From assembly GCF_006345805.1 (NCBI RefSeq), contig NC_043014.1, forward strand, positions 46,314,001 to 46,378,000: a stretch of DNA of 64,000 nucleotides. The letters run 5' to 3'. Positions within the stretch are counted from its first letter, which is position 1, and each line of letters begins with the position of its first letter. Of this stretch, positions 13,001-24,921 are shown piece after piece. A model generated the notes under the pieces. The model did not search any database, had not been told where the DNA came from, and worked only from the letters and a program-made list of their open reading frames with translations. Source of the DNA: Octopus sinensis (taxonomy: Eukaryota). The position numbers and the translations under genes were made by a program.

Positions 13001-14879
13001 CTGCAAAGAAAACAAAAAAAAAAAAAATAATAATAAAAGAAATACAAGAAGAAAGAAAGAATGGTAAGATTGTGTGAAACAATTATTTTAACAAAAAAAA
13101 AACAAACAAATACTTTAAGACGATGCTGCTACTGCTGTTGCTGATGATGATGATGATGATGATAGTGATGATAATGTTGATGATGATGATGATTTTGTTG
13201 ATGAATGAAACAAGGATGTTGGTGAATCATGATAGAAAGGTAAACAGTGATGATGTTAATGATGATAACGATGGTGATGATGGTGATTATGGTGATGAAG
13301 ATGACGATGGAGTTGGTCACAGTGATGATGACAATGACTCTGGTGATACAGAAAATGGTGATGATGACGACAACATCAAAGGTGGTGGTAATGATGATAA
13401 TGGTATAGTTGATATTAATGATGATGATGATGATGATAATGATAAATGTTCTATTTTTCACCCCCCCTTTGCTTTTCGTTGTAAATTTACGATTTTCTCA
13501 GAATATGTATGTGTGCGTTTCAATATATGTGTGTATAATCTTTTTCCGGAAACAGTGGGTCCAGAAGCACACTCAAAGCTTCAAATAATAAGTTGCAAAT
13601 ATTGAATTGAAAAAACCCTTTTAGATAGAAAAACAAACCATGCTGTTGTTTATAGCATTATATGTGCTTCTTCAAGATCCGCTGTTCCCGCCCCCAACTC
13701 CATAAAAAAAATTATTTCACATTCTCTCAAAATTCTATAAATTCTTATGATGTCAGTTATATATATATACATGGATGTATATTAGGTGGTAATGCTTCAA
13801 CGAGTAAAAAAAAAAGCACTTGATCAGCTCTGAGAGTAAAGATAATCTTATAATAATAAAACGCAAATCTTGTAAATGCTGCTACCCAGGGTTTCCCCCC
13901 CCCCCCCCCCCCCGGTTGAAAGAATAATTTATTCTGCCATTTATCAAGCTTGAAAGACAACTGACAAATAGTCATGTTTTCATCTTGATAAGCGGCAGAA
14001 TAAATTATTTTGACCTGGACACCCTGGGTAGCTGTATTTACAAGATTTGTAAGGTTTTTTTTATTGTAAGATTACATATATATTCATACATATGTGTGTG
14101 TATATATATATGTGTGTGTGTATATATATATTTATATACATACATGTATGTGTGTGTTTGTACACACATATGTATATGAAAAAACTAATCTTCAGCGAAA
14201 GAAATAACCAACAACAGAAAAAAACACTGTGTTATTTACTCACAGAGTTTACAGAATTCATTCATAAATTTCTGGCAAAATGCCAAAATACAGTTTGTAA
14301 GAAAATTGCATTCACATATACACACACACACATGCATTCAAATATCCACTCGAATTGCATTCTGGAATTGTGAAAGCTTAGTGTTATATACATATCTATT
14401 TTAATATAGGCATACTGCATACACATATATTCAAATTTTTATCCAGAATCATGTGTGTGTGTGGTATCTATGTATCTATGTATGTATACATATCTATACA
14501 GCAAATGTTTATTACAGATACAAGCACTTATACATCTACTTCTGTGTGGGCATTTGTACGTTAGCTCTTATCCTGTGACTGCAATGTGTGTGCATATATA
14601 TTGTACATAATTTATTTAATGTCCACTTTTTATGAGTCAGACAGAATTTGTTGAAGTGGATTTTCAACAGTTGGATGCTCTTCCTACTGCCATCTCTCCC
14701 TTATTTTTTTCAAGCAAGGTGATATTTCCCCCATAACTATACCTGGCAACAAATAACTTTGCTTATATGATGATGATGATGCTCATTTACAACCATCACA
14801 TGATGTCGTAACAAGGTACACACAAGCGCTCACCACATACATAACACTCACCTATATATATATATATATATATATATAT

Positions 14880-14943
14880 GATAAAAGTCCAAGTTTCGGA
14901 TACCGAGGTGGAAATCCATGCTGCCATCTCTTCAGTTATCCGG
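14880..14943 (-). ncRNA. Second, less perfect hammerhead copy on the opposite arm of the same palindrome
   Basis: Reverse complement reads CCGGAUAA CUGAAGA GAUGG…UAUCC GAAA CUUGGAC UU UUAUC, with a C-C mismatch in stem III. Confidence 0.45.
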
Positions 14944-14970
14944 ATATCGGAAAAATGCAATGAAAAAAAG

Positions 14971-15040
14971 GCCGGATAACTGAAGAGATGGTGGTGTGGA
15001 TTTCCACCTCGGCATCCGAAACTCAGAGTTTTATCATGGC
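14971..15040 (+). ncRNA. Type I hammerhead ribozyme candidate
   Basis: Stem I GAUAA(14975-79)/UUAUC(15031-35); core CUGAAGA 14980-86; stem II GAUG…CAUC(C); GAAA 15018-21; stem III ACU-CAG-AGU; cleavage triplet GUU ending at 15030. Confidence 0.6.
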
Positions 15041-15137
15041 TACCGAATAATTGCCACATATTACATTTACAGATAAATTCCTCTATTTACATAATATCGA
15101 GGTCTCTTTCATTCTTTTGTTGTCTTACCAATTTTAT

Positions 15138-15173
<36 letters not shown>

Positions 15174-15326
15174 ACATACCAGGGCATGCACAAAACAGAT
15201 ATAGGCTTGTGATTCTCATGGCAACGTGGTATAAACAATTATATTCTTGAACCTTGATGCAAAACCTTTTGATCTCTAAAGTTTATCAAAATATATGTAT
15301 GTGTGTGTGTTTACTTTTTTTAGTAT

Positions 15327-15366
<40 letters not shown>

Positions 15367-15412
15367 GTGTGTGTATATTCATGAAAATTCTGTGTTAAAA
15401 GATTTATACATA

Positions 15413-15457
<45 letters not shown>

Positions 15458-16130
15458 GTGTGTGTGTGCATCTGTATTTGTGTAAGGTCAGCTGATGATA
15501 GCTATTTTGCCAGAAACGTGTCTCTTATCTCCAGACACTAAGCATGTCCTCTTCTTAAATGACATATCAATTTTTAGAGAATTCTGGAGTCTTGTGATTA
15601 TCTCCCCTTCTCAAACAAATCTGGTCTTCATTACCATTTGGCAATTATGGTACAACACCCCCCCACCCGGAAGGTGGAGATAATTTTAATAAATCAAGAA
15701 TTATGTTGTACAATATTTGACATGTTAATACATGTCTGTTCCTCTGGTAATTTGTAATGGAGAATTGCGATATCTCTGTCTCTGACAAGTGCTGTTTGGT
15801 AAAAGAGTCACAGAAAAGTTCTGAGAAAACTGAAAATATGTTCTGATTCTTAGAGGGTCAAATATAACAAGCACTTTGCGGTATTTGGTCAAGGCTCTTT
15901 TTTATATCCTGAGTCCAAATACCAATAAGGTTGACTTTGCCTTTCATCTTTCCAGGTGTCAATTAAATCTTATGATACCAAACCACCTGTGACTACCTTT
16001 AGTCTTATACAAATTTCCTCTTTTAAATGGATCTGAATTAGAAACCATCCATTAAGATTTCGTGCTAATTCGTGTTCCAAACACTAGCTTCATAATGACG
16101 AAAGTTATTTTGCTAAATTCTTCATTTTTG

Positions 16131-16460
16131 GCTTAACGACCGTATCACATTGAATGAACCAGTTCTCGTCCAATCACCGAAGCTAAGCAACATCAAGCCT
16201 TAGTTAGTACTTGGATGGGTAACCACTTCAGAAGTTAAGTTAATTTTGGGGCTCAAAAAGCAAAAAGCAAGGCCATGTAGGGGGACATGGAGTTATGTAC
16301 AGGGAGGGTGTTCATGCAAAGAGTTCAGGCCATTTCTGGTCAAGAGAGACTTTGAACCGAGCGGTTGTCGGCATCTTCACTATCTCGTCCGGCAGCTTAT
16401 TCCACAGATCCGCAACCCGGACGGAGAAAGCCACTCTCCTTTCTCCTAGGTGCTGTAAGC
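16131..16460 (+). pseudogene. 5S rRNA pseudogene split by a LINE insertion (5' part 16131-16233, 3' part ~16441-16460)
   Basis: GCTTAACGACCGTATCACATTGAATGAACCAGTTCTCGTCCAATCACCGAAGCTAAGCAACATCAAGCCTTAGTTAGTACTTGGATGGGTAACCAC… follows metazoan 5S, including box A and box C. The missing 3' end GGTGCTGTAAGC reappears at 16449-16460, followed by a T5 run at 16468-16472. Confidence 0.85.
16234..16440 (-). mobile_element. CR1-type LINE 3' end
   Basis: The minus strand encodes FSVRVADLWNKLPDEIVKMPTTARFKVSLDQKWPELFA*, a typical CR1 ORF2 C-terminus, followed by a short UTR and a simple-repeat tail. A second copy lies at 23364-23575. Confidence 0.8.
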
Positions 16461-17949
16461 ATCTTACTTTTTACATGGTAGTGCCCCAGCATGGCCCAGT
16501 ATTAATGATAAACGAATGAAAGGTTATTTTCAAAATTAACTAAAACAAAGGTAATATATTTAATTAGAAATCGGGTAGCAAAACTGTTAATTAAAATATT
16601 GGGGTTGATTTAATTGACTACTCTACTTCCTCCTCTCCCCTTCACTTCAAAGCTCCTGTCATTATTTTTATTGGATGGGTGTGGGAAAGGGTATATCAAG
16701 GAATACCCTTTCCAAGACCCCTATTTTAAATATGTGTCGGTGAGGGGAATTTGCTATAACCCGCTTCCTTCATCCACAAATACCTGGATTTGTGTCTATC
16801 TCACAGTTGTTGAGGTTTTCTTTTTTTTTTTCCATTTTATAATTTTTTCTAAAGCCAATTCCCCAATTCTCATGTTAATTATTAATGATTCTGGAAAGGC
16901 ATGAACATCTTCATATCCCATCCTGCTCTCTCTTGTAAACATAGTGATTCTTTATACCCAGTTATTGAAACTATTATCATCATTATTATTATTATTATTA
17001 TAAGGCAATGAGCTGGTAGAATCGTTAGCACGCCGGGCGAAATGCTTAGCGGGATTTCGTCAGCCACTACATTCTGAGTTCAAATTCCACTGAAGTCGAC
17101 TTTTACTTTTATCCTTTCAGGGTCGATGAAATAAGTACCAGTTACACACTTGGGGGTCGATATAATCGACTAGCCCCTTTCCCCAAAATTTTCATGGCCT
17201 TGTGCCTAGAGTAGAAATTATCATTATGTCAGTTTATTATCACAATATCTGTCTCTCTCTTTCCCTTTCTCTTTATTTTTCCTTCGTTTCTTTCTTTCTT
17301 TCTTTCTTTACATATGGTGGTTGCTGTTTGAAATCATTCGGCTGTGAAAAACAAACAAAAAGAAAAACATGAAACTAACAAGCAAGCAAACAAACAAACA
17401 AAAAAAATATATACAAAAACTTGCTCCACTTTAGACATTTTCTCAGGTCCAACAACACAACACACATTTCCATTATACTTTTTTTTTTTTATTTTGTAAG
17501 ATTAATAATGATGATGATGATGTTGATGATGATTTTAAAGCATGTACATAAAATCAATATTTTTTTTTTCTTTTTCATATTTTTTTTTTTTGTTTTCAAC
17601 CTGTTAGAAATAGCAGCTAATTTCCTTTCCCCCCTCATCACACCTCTCTTAAAAAGAAGAAACTAACTGAGACCCTGCTGGCTAATGTAATTTTAGGGAC
17701 ATGATATCTGGAGGGAAGGCAAATCGGACCTTATGATGCAGACACTCCCAGAGCACATTAAGTCCCTTGTTCTTGCATTATAATGGGAAATGAGTGGTTT
17801 TATATCCAGAAATGACTTGGACCAAGATCTTAAGATGTGTGGGGTGGCAGATAACCTTTTTGGTCCCTAATCTCTGTCCCTTTCTTGGATTGCTGTTGCT
17901 GCTGCTGCTGTTGTTGTTAAAGCAACAAGATGGGTAAGGGTGATTTGGT

Positions 17950-18170
17950 GATGGTCTAGGGCTTAGGGGCAGGAGACCCCAGACTTTGGGAAGAAAAAAA
18001 AAACTTTGGTTGTCTTGTAGTAGTCAAGGGCTTAGGGGCAGTAAACCCCAGACCTTGGGAAAAAAAAAACTTTGGTCGTCTTGTTGTAGTCAAGGGCTTA
18101 GGGGCAGGAGAGCCCAGACCTTGGGAAAAAAACAAAAAACTTTGGTCGTCTTGTTGTAGTCGAGGGCTCT
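17950..18170. repeat. Three tandem ~65 bp units (agggcttaggggcaggag.cccagac.ttggg…ctttggtcgtcttgt.gtagtc)
   Basis: Direct repeats visible in the sequence and in ORF 17956-18363 (KPLTTTRRPKFFFSQGLG repeats). Confidence 0.8.
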
Positions 18171-18253
18171 TCGTTGACGCCCGACACCACAGGGAGGTGG
18201 CCCTCGAAGTCGCTGGAAATGGAGATCTCCAGGTCCGAATTCTTGAACGGCTG
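18155..18253 (-). CDS. Candidate exon of an unidentified minus-strand gene
   Basis: GC-balanced non-repetitive island. Acceptor tcatctttccaatgacaacag|, frame QPFKNSDLEISISSDFEGHLPVVSGVNEEPSTTTRRPK. The donor is ambiguous. Confidence 0.25.
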
Positions 18254-18461
18254 CTGTTGTCATTGGAAAGATGACTAACCACTACCACTGCTGCTATTTC
18301 TACTACTACTACTACAACTACCAGCACCATCCACACCATTGTTGATGGTACTGCCACCATCACCTTCAGTACCCACTACCCTCACTGTCACCATTTCTCC
18401 CTCAGTGTTATCTATACCTCCTACTGCTGCTATTATCAGCACTCCTACTTCTACACCCATG

Positions 18462-18492
<31 letters not shown>

Positions 18493-18829
18493 TACTACTA
18501 CAACCTGAATATATGACTGCTAGAAGCCTGCATTGGGCCTTGATGGAGTTGCTTCATTCACTAGAAATAGTAGGCAAATCTCCCTCAAACCGCACCCAAC
18601 CATTTTGGAATTGGAAGGACACATTAGATAATGTAGTTATAGATACACAATACCTGAAAGAAGGGCGATTCTGTCATGGTTGGAATGCCTTGGGTAAAAA
18701 GGGTTTTCTGCTGGATCCACAGCTGGGCTAGGGCTAAACACTACTACTACTACCTACACATATCACTGTTACTAAAATTACTGCTACTTGTTACTTTTTC
18801 CTATCTGTCTGTCTGTGTGTCTATCTATC

Positions 18830-19050
18830 ACATGGAGGAAGCTCATGACAAAAATCTTATCAAGTACCAGCATTGACAGACCTGCAGTGAGACACTCGAG
18901 GTAAACCACTGGGGTTTCACGAGGGAATTTGCTCTGCAAAGCTCTGATTAGGTTTAGAGTTGCTGGGTGCAGCAAACAGGAGGACCATAAATTGCATCAG
19001 TGAAGCTGCATAGAGGGGCCGCTAGATGGTTTTGGATAAAGAGAATAGAC
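18830..19050 (+). mobile_element. Degenerate restriction-like-endonuclease (RLE) non-LTR element C-terminal fragment (HERO/NeSL-like)
   Basis: Frameshifted translation EEAHDKNLIKYQ…GF…ALQSL…RAARWFW resembles EEAHERKR.KY…EVGCRGF…SL…AERASRWLW. Confidence 0.45.
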
Positions 19051-19230
19051 CAGTGGTTTACAAGCTTGGACTTCATCATGATCAAGCCTGGCTAGGTTAA
19101 CTGGATGAGGGGGCAGGGTTCTCACATGACAAGACGTGAAACCTGCTTAGACCCCTGAAACATCACAGATATGCAACCCAGAAAGGTATCTCGGAACTCT
19201 CTCTCTATTTATATATATATATATATATAT

Positions 19231-19345
19231 TCACGTGATCACGTGACCGACCAGGCTATCAGATGTTACACATCGCTGGTCACAATGTGCTTCGCATTGT
19301 TTTAGCCTTCAAATGATGCCACCCCACTGGCTAAGCAAGCAGGCC
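19231..19345. mobile_element. Short element in (TA)n starting with the 16 bp palindrome TCACGTGATCACGTGA
   Basis: Unique-looking 115 bp block bounded by (TA)n on both sides. Confidence 0.5.
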
Positions 19346-19378
<33 letters not shown>

Positions 19379-20969
19379 AATGTGTGTGTGTGTGTGTGTA
19401 ATAGATATAAATAAAATTGAGTTAAATAATGCTGTCCTTTTCCTTCATGGTAGGTCATCTTTGGATTGGAGAATTCATAAATCTTGATATTATCTCCCTT
19501 TCTCAAGTGGAGATGATTTTAATTGGCATTTAGTAACTATGATACATCCTCTAGAAGCAGCGATAATTATATAAATCAAGAATTTATGTTGTATGGTATT
19601 TGATATACCTATATTTGTGTGTTTGTATATATATATATATAACTTACATCCCCCACCAGTGGCAACTAACCCTACAACCATTTACTTAGATTTAGTCATA
19701 ATCCTCATCATCATCATTTATTAAGCTCATATAGGCCCCTTCTCATTTTTATATCTCACTGTCAAAACCAGCATCCTTCTCCATCATCATCATCATCATC
19801 ACTGCATTTATGGTGCTCTTTCCACCCTTATTCTTACACTCTCCGTCTCTCTCTCTCTCTCTCTCCCTCTCTTCATTTTCTCCACCTCCCTCTCTTTTCC
19901 TCTCATTATCTCTCTGTGATTAACACCAGCTGTTCTGTTGTAACCCATAAAAACAAATATAGATAATGGTGAAACTTATTGCCTTTGTTTAGCTATTTGT
20001 TAATTAATTAGGAGAGAAGAAGAAATTAACACTTCACTATATATGGCCACCCCTCCTTTATCTACCTTTCTTCTTGACTGGCAGATGAGTTGTCTGGAAT
20101 AAGAGAATGGGCTGAGATTTAATTAATGTTTTGGTTTAAAAGTTGCTAGTGTATATAATATATGTGTATGCAATTATAAAGTGTGTAATTACAAAGTTTG
20201 TTGCATATTTGTAAATAATATTTGATCCAGCCCCTCTCTTGTCTCTCTCTCTACTCCTGTTTTATTTCCTACACACATACATATGTACTATACTAAAGAA
20301 AACGGCTTTTTAAATTAATTATGAGTATTTTTCATTTTACTAAACGAAAGCAATTATGAAAAGTGTATACTGTCTAGAAAATTCTGAAAAATTCCAATTT
20401 TGATATATTTTTATCAAAATGTGGTTCTCAAGTTTCTTTCATTTATATGTGTATAATATAGGTTTGTTCACTCCAGAGCTAACACACACACACACACACA
20501 CATTGTGTATGTGTTTTTGCTTAAAGTTGATAATTCACTCTATTATTGAAGGATCACATCAGCTTTGAATTTATAATACTTTCTAATATTTGTATTTTTA
20601 TTGAGTATTCTTTGTCCTGTTTGTAATTCCAGATTATATACATACATGTGTATGTGTATACACATACAGATGCATGGCCGTTTTCCTTCTTTTTGTCTTT
20701 TTCTCCTTTTTTTTTTACTGAATTCTACTAGGGATAGTAAGGCATTATAATAAATAAATAAAATAACAAAAGGGTAGAACTAAGCTAGAGAGGGAGAATG
20801 TTGATACTGTTGTGAGAATGATGCATAGGGCAAAGTATTCAGCACAAATTTTCACACATCCATACATGTATACTGAAACAGATCTCTGTATAAAACAAAC
20901 TCTCTTTTTCCTTGACTAGATTTATAAATATGTATGTGTGTATAAAATATATATATATATATATGTGAC

Positions 20970-21170
20970 CGTGTGTGTATCGTTGGCAATTTTTTTTTCT
21001 CTGTCTTCCCTTCTTTGGATCTTTCCTTTTCCTATGTTTCTGACAAAGAGTTCCGCTCAAAACATTAAATCCTCTTTTTTTCTTTCCTTTCCTGAGTGTC
21101 CAATAACACTATACTTGTTCCACATCCTCGCGTTGTTGTGTTTTCATGTTTGGATTTACTATATATATAT
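20970..21170 (+). mobile_element. PLE-like terminal repeat with a decayed hammerhead motif; homologous to 43470-43640
   Basis: Shares …tttctga..aagag..gctc.aaa..t.aaatcctctt…ctgagtgtc…cctcgc.ttgttgt with 43470-43640. Confidence 0.6.
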
Positions 21171-22280
21171 ATATATATATATGAACTTGGGTATGATTCT
21201 GTCAAAATTAACCCAGGCCATGTCTTACTTAATAGCAGTACCTGGTGGAATCTATTAAGTCATTTTTAATCCAGGTCTTGTAGTATCATAGCCCATTCAA
21301 GTCAGGAATCAGGAATGGCTTGTCTGATATCCCTTGAAGAAATTTGTCCTGGTATCATTTGAAGTTGATGGGATCTTTGTCTTCTTTGATTTCTTTTAGG
21401 ATAATATTAATTTCTTCACTGCAAATGGTCCTGCTCTTTTCAATGTTATCCCAAAAGAAATTACAGTAGAAAAAGATAATGTTAAATAGAGCAAGGCTTA
21501 TTGAGGAATTGTCTTGCAATGTGATATATGTTATGATCCTGAATTCGTGTAGAGGGATTTGGCATAGGGTCCCAGCTTTTGTATGAATTATAACCTTGAT
21601 GTTAAGGCTATTTGGGCATGGCTGGTGGTATATTCTTCACGTAGCACTCACAGTAACCCGCAAGAAAAATGATTTTGAATATTTTCCAGTAACCCTAATA
21701 ACAAAGATCAGACATGCCATGTTGTGTGTGTGTGTGTGTGTGTTTGTTTTTTGTGTGTAATTGGTCTCTGGGGGTGTCTCAATTCTTATGTTTTGTTTGG
21801 TGGGGGGGGGGACCTCAATGGGCAAACAGTATTCTAGATGTGTATATGTATGTGTTTTGTTGTTTTTTTTTTTTTTTTTTTTTTTTGTAAAGCAAATTGG
21901 CAAATGAACTTTTCAACACAACCATGCAAGTAACAGTAACAACAACAACAACACACAATGAAACCAATGAAACCTGCTGTGAAACATTTGTCTTCCATTA
22001 TATGAACTAATTCATAGATACTACTGTCCATCCATCCATCCATCCATCCATCCATCATATTAGTGTGTTAGTAAACTTCTTTTGGCTATTGTTGTCCTTT
22101 GGTTCTCTGCGGTCAACCGCGTCCTCCGCTTCATTTTTTGTTAATCACTCATTCTCATTTAATTGTATATATTTTAATTATTTGTTTATTCGTTGTCTCA
22201 TTCGATACCCTGACCCCCAACGTTTGTTTTGTCTGTCCCCGTATTGTCCCCTCTTTTTCTCAACCTTATGGTGAATAAAG

Positions 22281-22319
<39 letters not shown>

Positions 22320-22776
22320 ATCACTTTGAGATGTAGAATTTTGATGTGTTGTTTGCAGTTGTGTTCTTTGGCCAGTTATCGCTTTGATCCAAGATGTTTC
22401 TACTCACTGACCATCACCACCACCACCACCACCACCTTCAACCTCCTTCCCCATCACCTTCTTGCTCCTCTATCAATCTCTCTCTCTCTCTCTCTCTCAC
22501 TATTCCGGTTCCCCAAACCCTTTCAAAGGCCAGTATCTTAATTGTCACATTTTTTATGAACCTTGTTATATTTTGGTGGTGGTGGTAGTGAAGGTGGTGC
22601 TGTAGTTGGTGAAGAAGTGTGTGTGTATGTGAATGTATATGTAGGTCTCCACTTGATATTTGGCATTACTTTATCATTGGTTATCTGGGGTATCCATCAA
22701 TGGGGTGCCAGTTATTATTGATTAATGCTTTTCATAGAACCCTTAACATTTTTTAATATTTAGTTATTGTTGTTGT

Positions 22777-22807
<31 letters not shown>

Positions 22808-23363
22808 CGATACTAGTGGTTAGGGTGTTGTGCTCACGGTCACAAACTAGAAGAATCATGAAACAGGTACTAATTATAAACTGGGGTCGACTTAATCGAC
22901 TGGACCCTTCCCACCAAATTTCAGGCCTTGTGTGTATAATAGAAAGGATTATTATTATTATTAGTAACAAATTTCAGGCCTTGTGTGTATAATAGAAAGG
23001 ATTATTATTATTATTAGTAACAAATTGTAAGAATATTAGTCAAAGCTGCCCTGCAGTATCTAGTTGGAACCTTTTACTGTTGAAGTTCAAATCCCATGAG
23101 AGCTATCCTTGCTTTTCATCCTTCCAGGGTCAATAAGACAAAGTACTGATCAAGAACTGGGGTTCAGGGATCAATTTAATCAAGTAATGGCTCCTCTTTC
23201 TTGAATTTAACCATATACCTATGTAAGAAAGCATTAATTAAGGGGCGTTAATTACACTGTTCATTTTTAAGGGTCAGCGTCTGTTTCTGTATTTATCCCC
23301 TTGGGAAATTAAAGTAATTTGTGATAATTAGCATTCATTATAGAAACTGTGTAGGGGAGAGAG

Positions 23364-23575
23364 ATTCAATTCAATTCAATTTTTATTGGCTCAAAAAGCA
23401 AAAGCAAGGCCATGTAGGGGGACGGAGTTATGTACAGGGAGGGTGGTCATACAAAGAGTTCAGGCCATTTCTGGTCAAGAGAGTCTTTGAACCAAGCGGT
23501 CATCGGCATCTTCACTATCTTGTCCGGCAGCTTATTCCACGGATCCACAACCCAGATGGAGAAAGCCCTTCTCCT
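23364..23575 (-). mobile_element. CR1-type LINE 3' end with (ATTGA)n tail
   Basis: Homologous to 16245-16440. Confidence 0.8.
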
Positions 23576-24178
23576 AGTAGTGGTGGTAGCAGTAATCTGT
23601 ATTAGATTTGGGACTTTGATCTACCGTGAGCCCTTGGACTCATAGGCCTAGGACTCTACTTGGTTCATGTAACATATAGGTGATTGAGATTGACTCCTCT
23701 GAACAAGATGTGAGTCTGTTGCAGAGTCAACTCCCTAGCTGTCACTGAAACTCAGTTTTCGGCTGAGTGGACCTGACCAACATTAAACGAATGAAGTGTT
23801 CTGCACAAGGGACACAATGTACCACCTGATCCAGGAATTGAAACCACTACCTTAAGATCGAGTGCAACATCTTAACCACTAGGCCATGTGCCTTTACTTT
23901 CTGTATTAGCAGGATGAAAAAGAAAAAAACGAATTTTCAGTTTTTGTATGCGACTTTCAGGGCATCCTTGTGTGCCTGTTTGCCCCCACCTGTGTCCCCA
24001 TCTGTGTGTGTGTGTGTGTCTGTCTCCACCTCCGTCAGCACTTGACAACCAGTGCTGGTGTGCTTATATCCCTGTAACTTAGTAGTTTGGCAAAAGAGAC
24101 TGATAGAATAAGTCCCGGGGTCAAATCCTTCAAGGTGGTGCTCCAGCATGGCTACAGTCAAACGATTGAAACAAAGAA

Positions 24179-24223
<45 letters not shown>

Positions 24224-24756
24224 CATAAAATAATCAAATGTTAGTAATTCTGAAATTACTGCCACATATTTGCATGCAGTAAAATATTGTTTAAGCATAA
24301 AGAATCTTTGGGGGTGTTCATCCAAGCTTTCTGTTTTATCCTTAATCTTCCAATAAGAGCAAGTGTGTTATTTTGAATCATCAAGCATTATTAGCAATAG
24401 GCATCAGAGATAAGTTTGTTGACAGACTATGATGAGGGCTTGTTTTTTTGGTTTTTTTTTCTCTGTTGTCATCATTATTGATAGATCTACTGGTTCGTTA
24501 TCGTTAATAAACAAATATATTATGAGAGACTGGTTTTTTTTTTTTATCTATGTGTGAAGATATGACTGAAACGTAGTGAAATAATGGTTTTTGTAAGCAG
24601 AAATTTTTCCCCATGATTTGCTCTCTATCTGGTTCTTCAAATGGCCCCCACAGCCCCATGTTGTATTTTTGTAGAGTTACTTAAACGTACAGATCACTGC
24701 TTGAACCATCTCAACTCTTACTCAGTTGCAAACGAGTACCCCACCCATCCACCCAC

Positions 24757-24854
24757 CTCTTTCATTCTCCAGCTGTCACACTCTTGAGGTTCCACTGGAT
24801 CTAAGGTAGAAGAGCCAAGAGGGTGTTTGTGCCCACTTGCGACTTCATTGACAC
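24757..24854 (-). CDS. Candidate 98 nt exon (phase 1 to phase 0)
   Basis: aattcttttag|GT GTC AAT…ATG AAA GAG|gtgggt; open frame (G)VNEVASGHKHPLGSSTLDPVEPQECDSWRMKE. No homology recognised. Confidence 0.2.
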
Positions 24855-24921
24855 CTAAAAGAATTACTGAAAAACATTGTATAAACTGAGACACAGTCTT
24901 CTGCAAGTGACAGCAAAGCTA

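Noticed and set aside
13123-13605. 160 aa Met/Asp-rich ORF
   Set aside because: It is a degenerate (GAT)n microsatellite.
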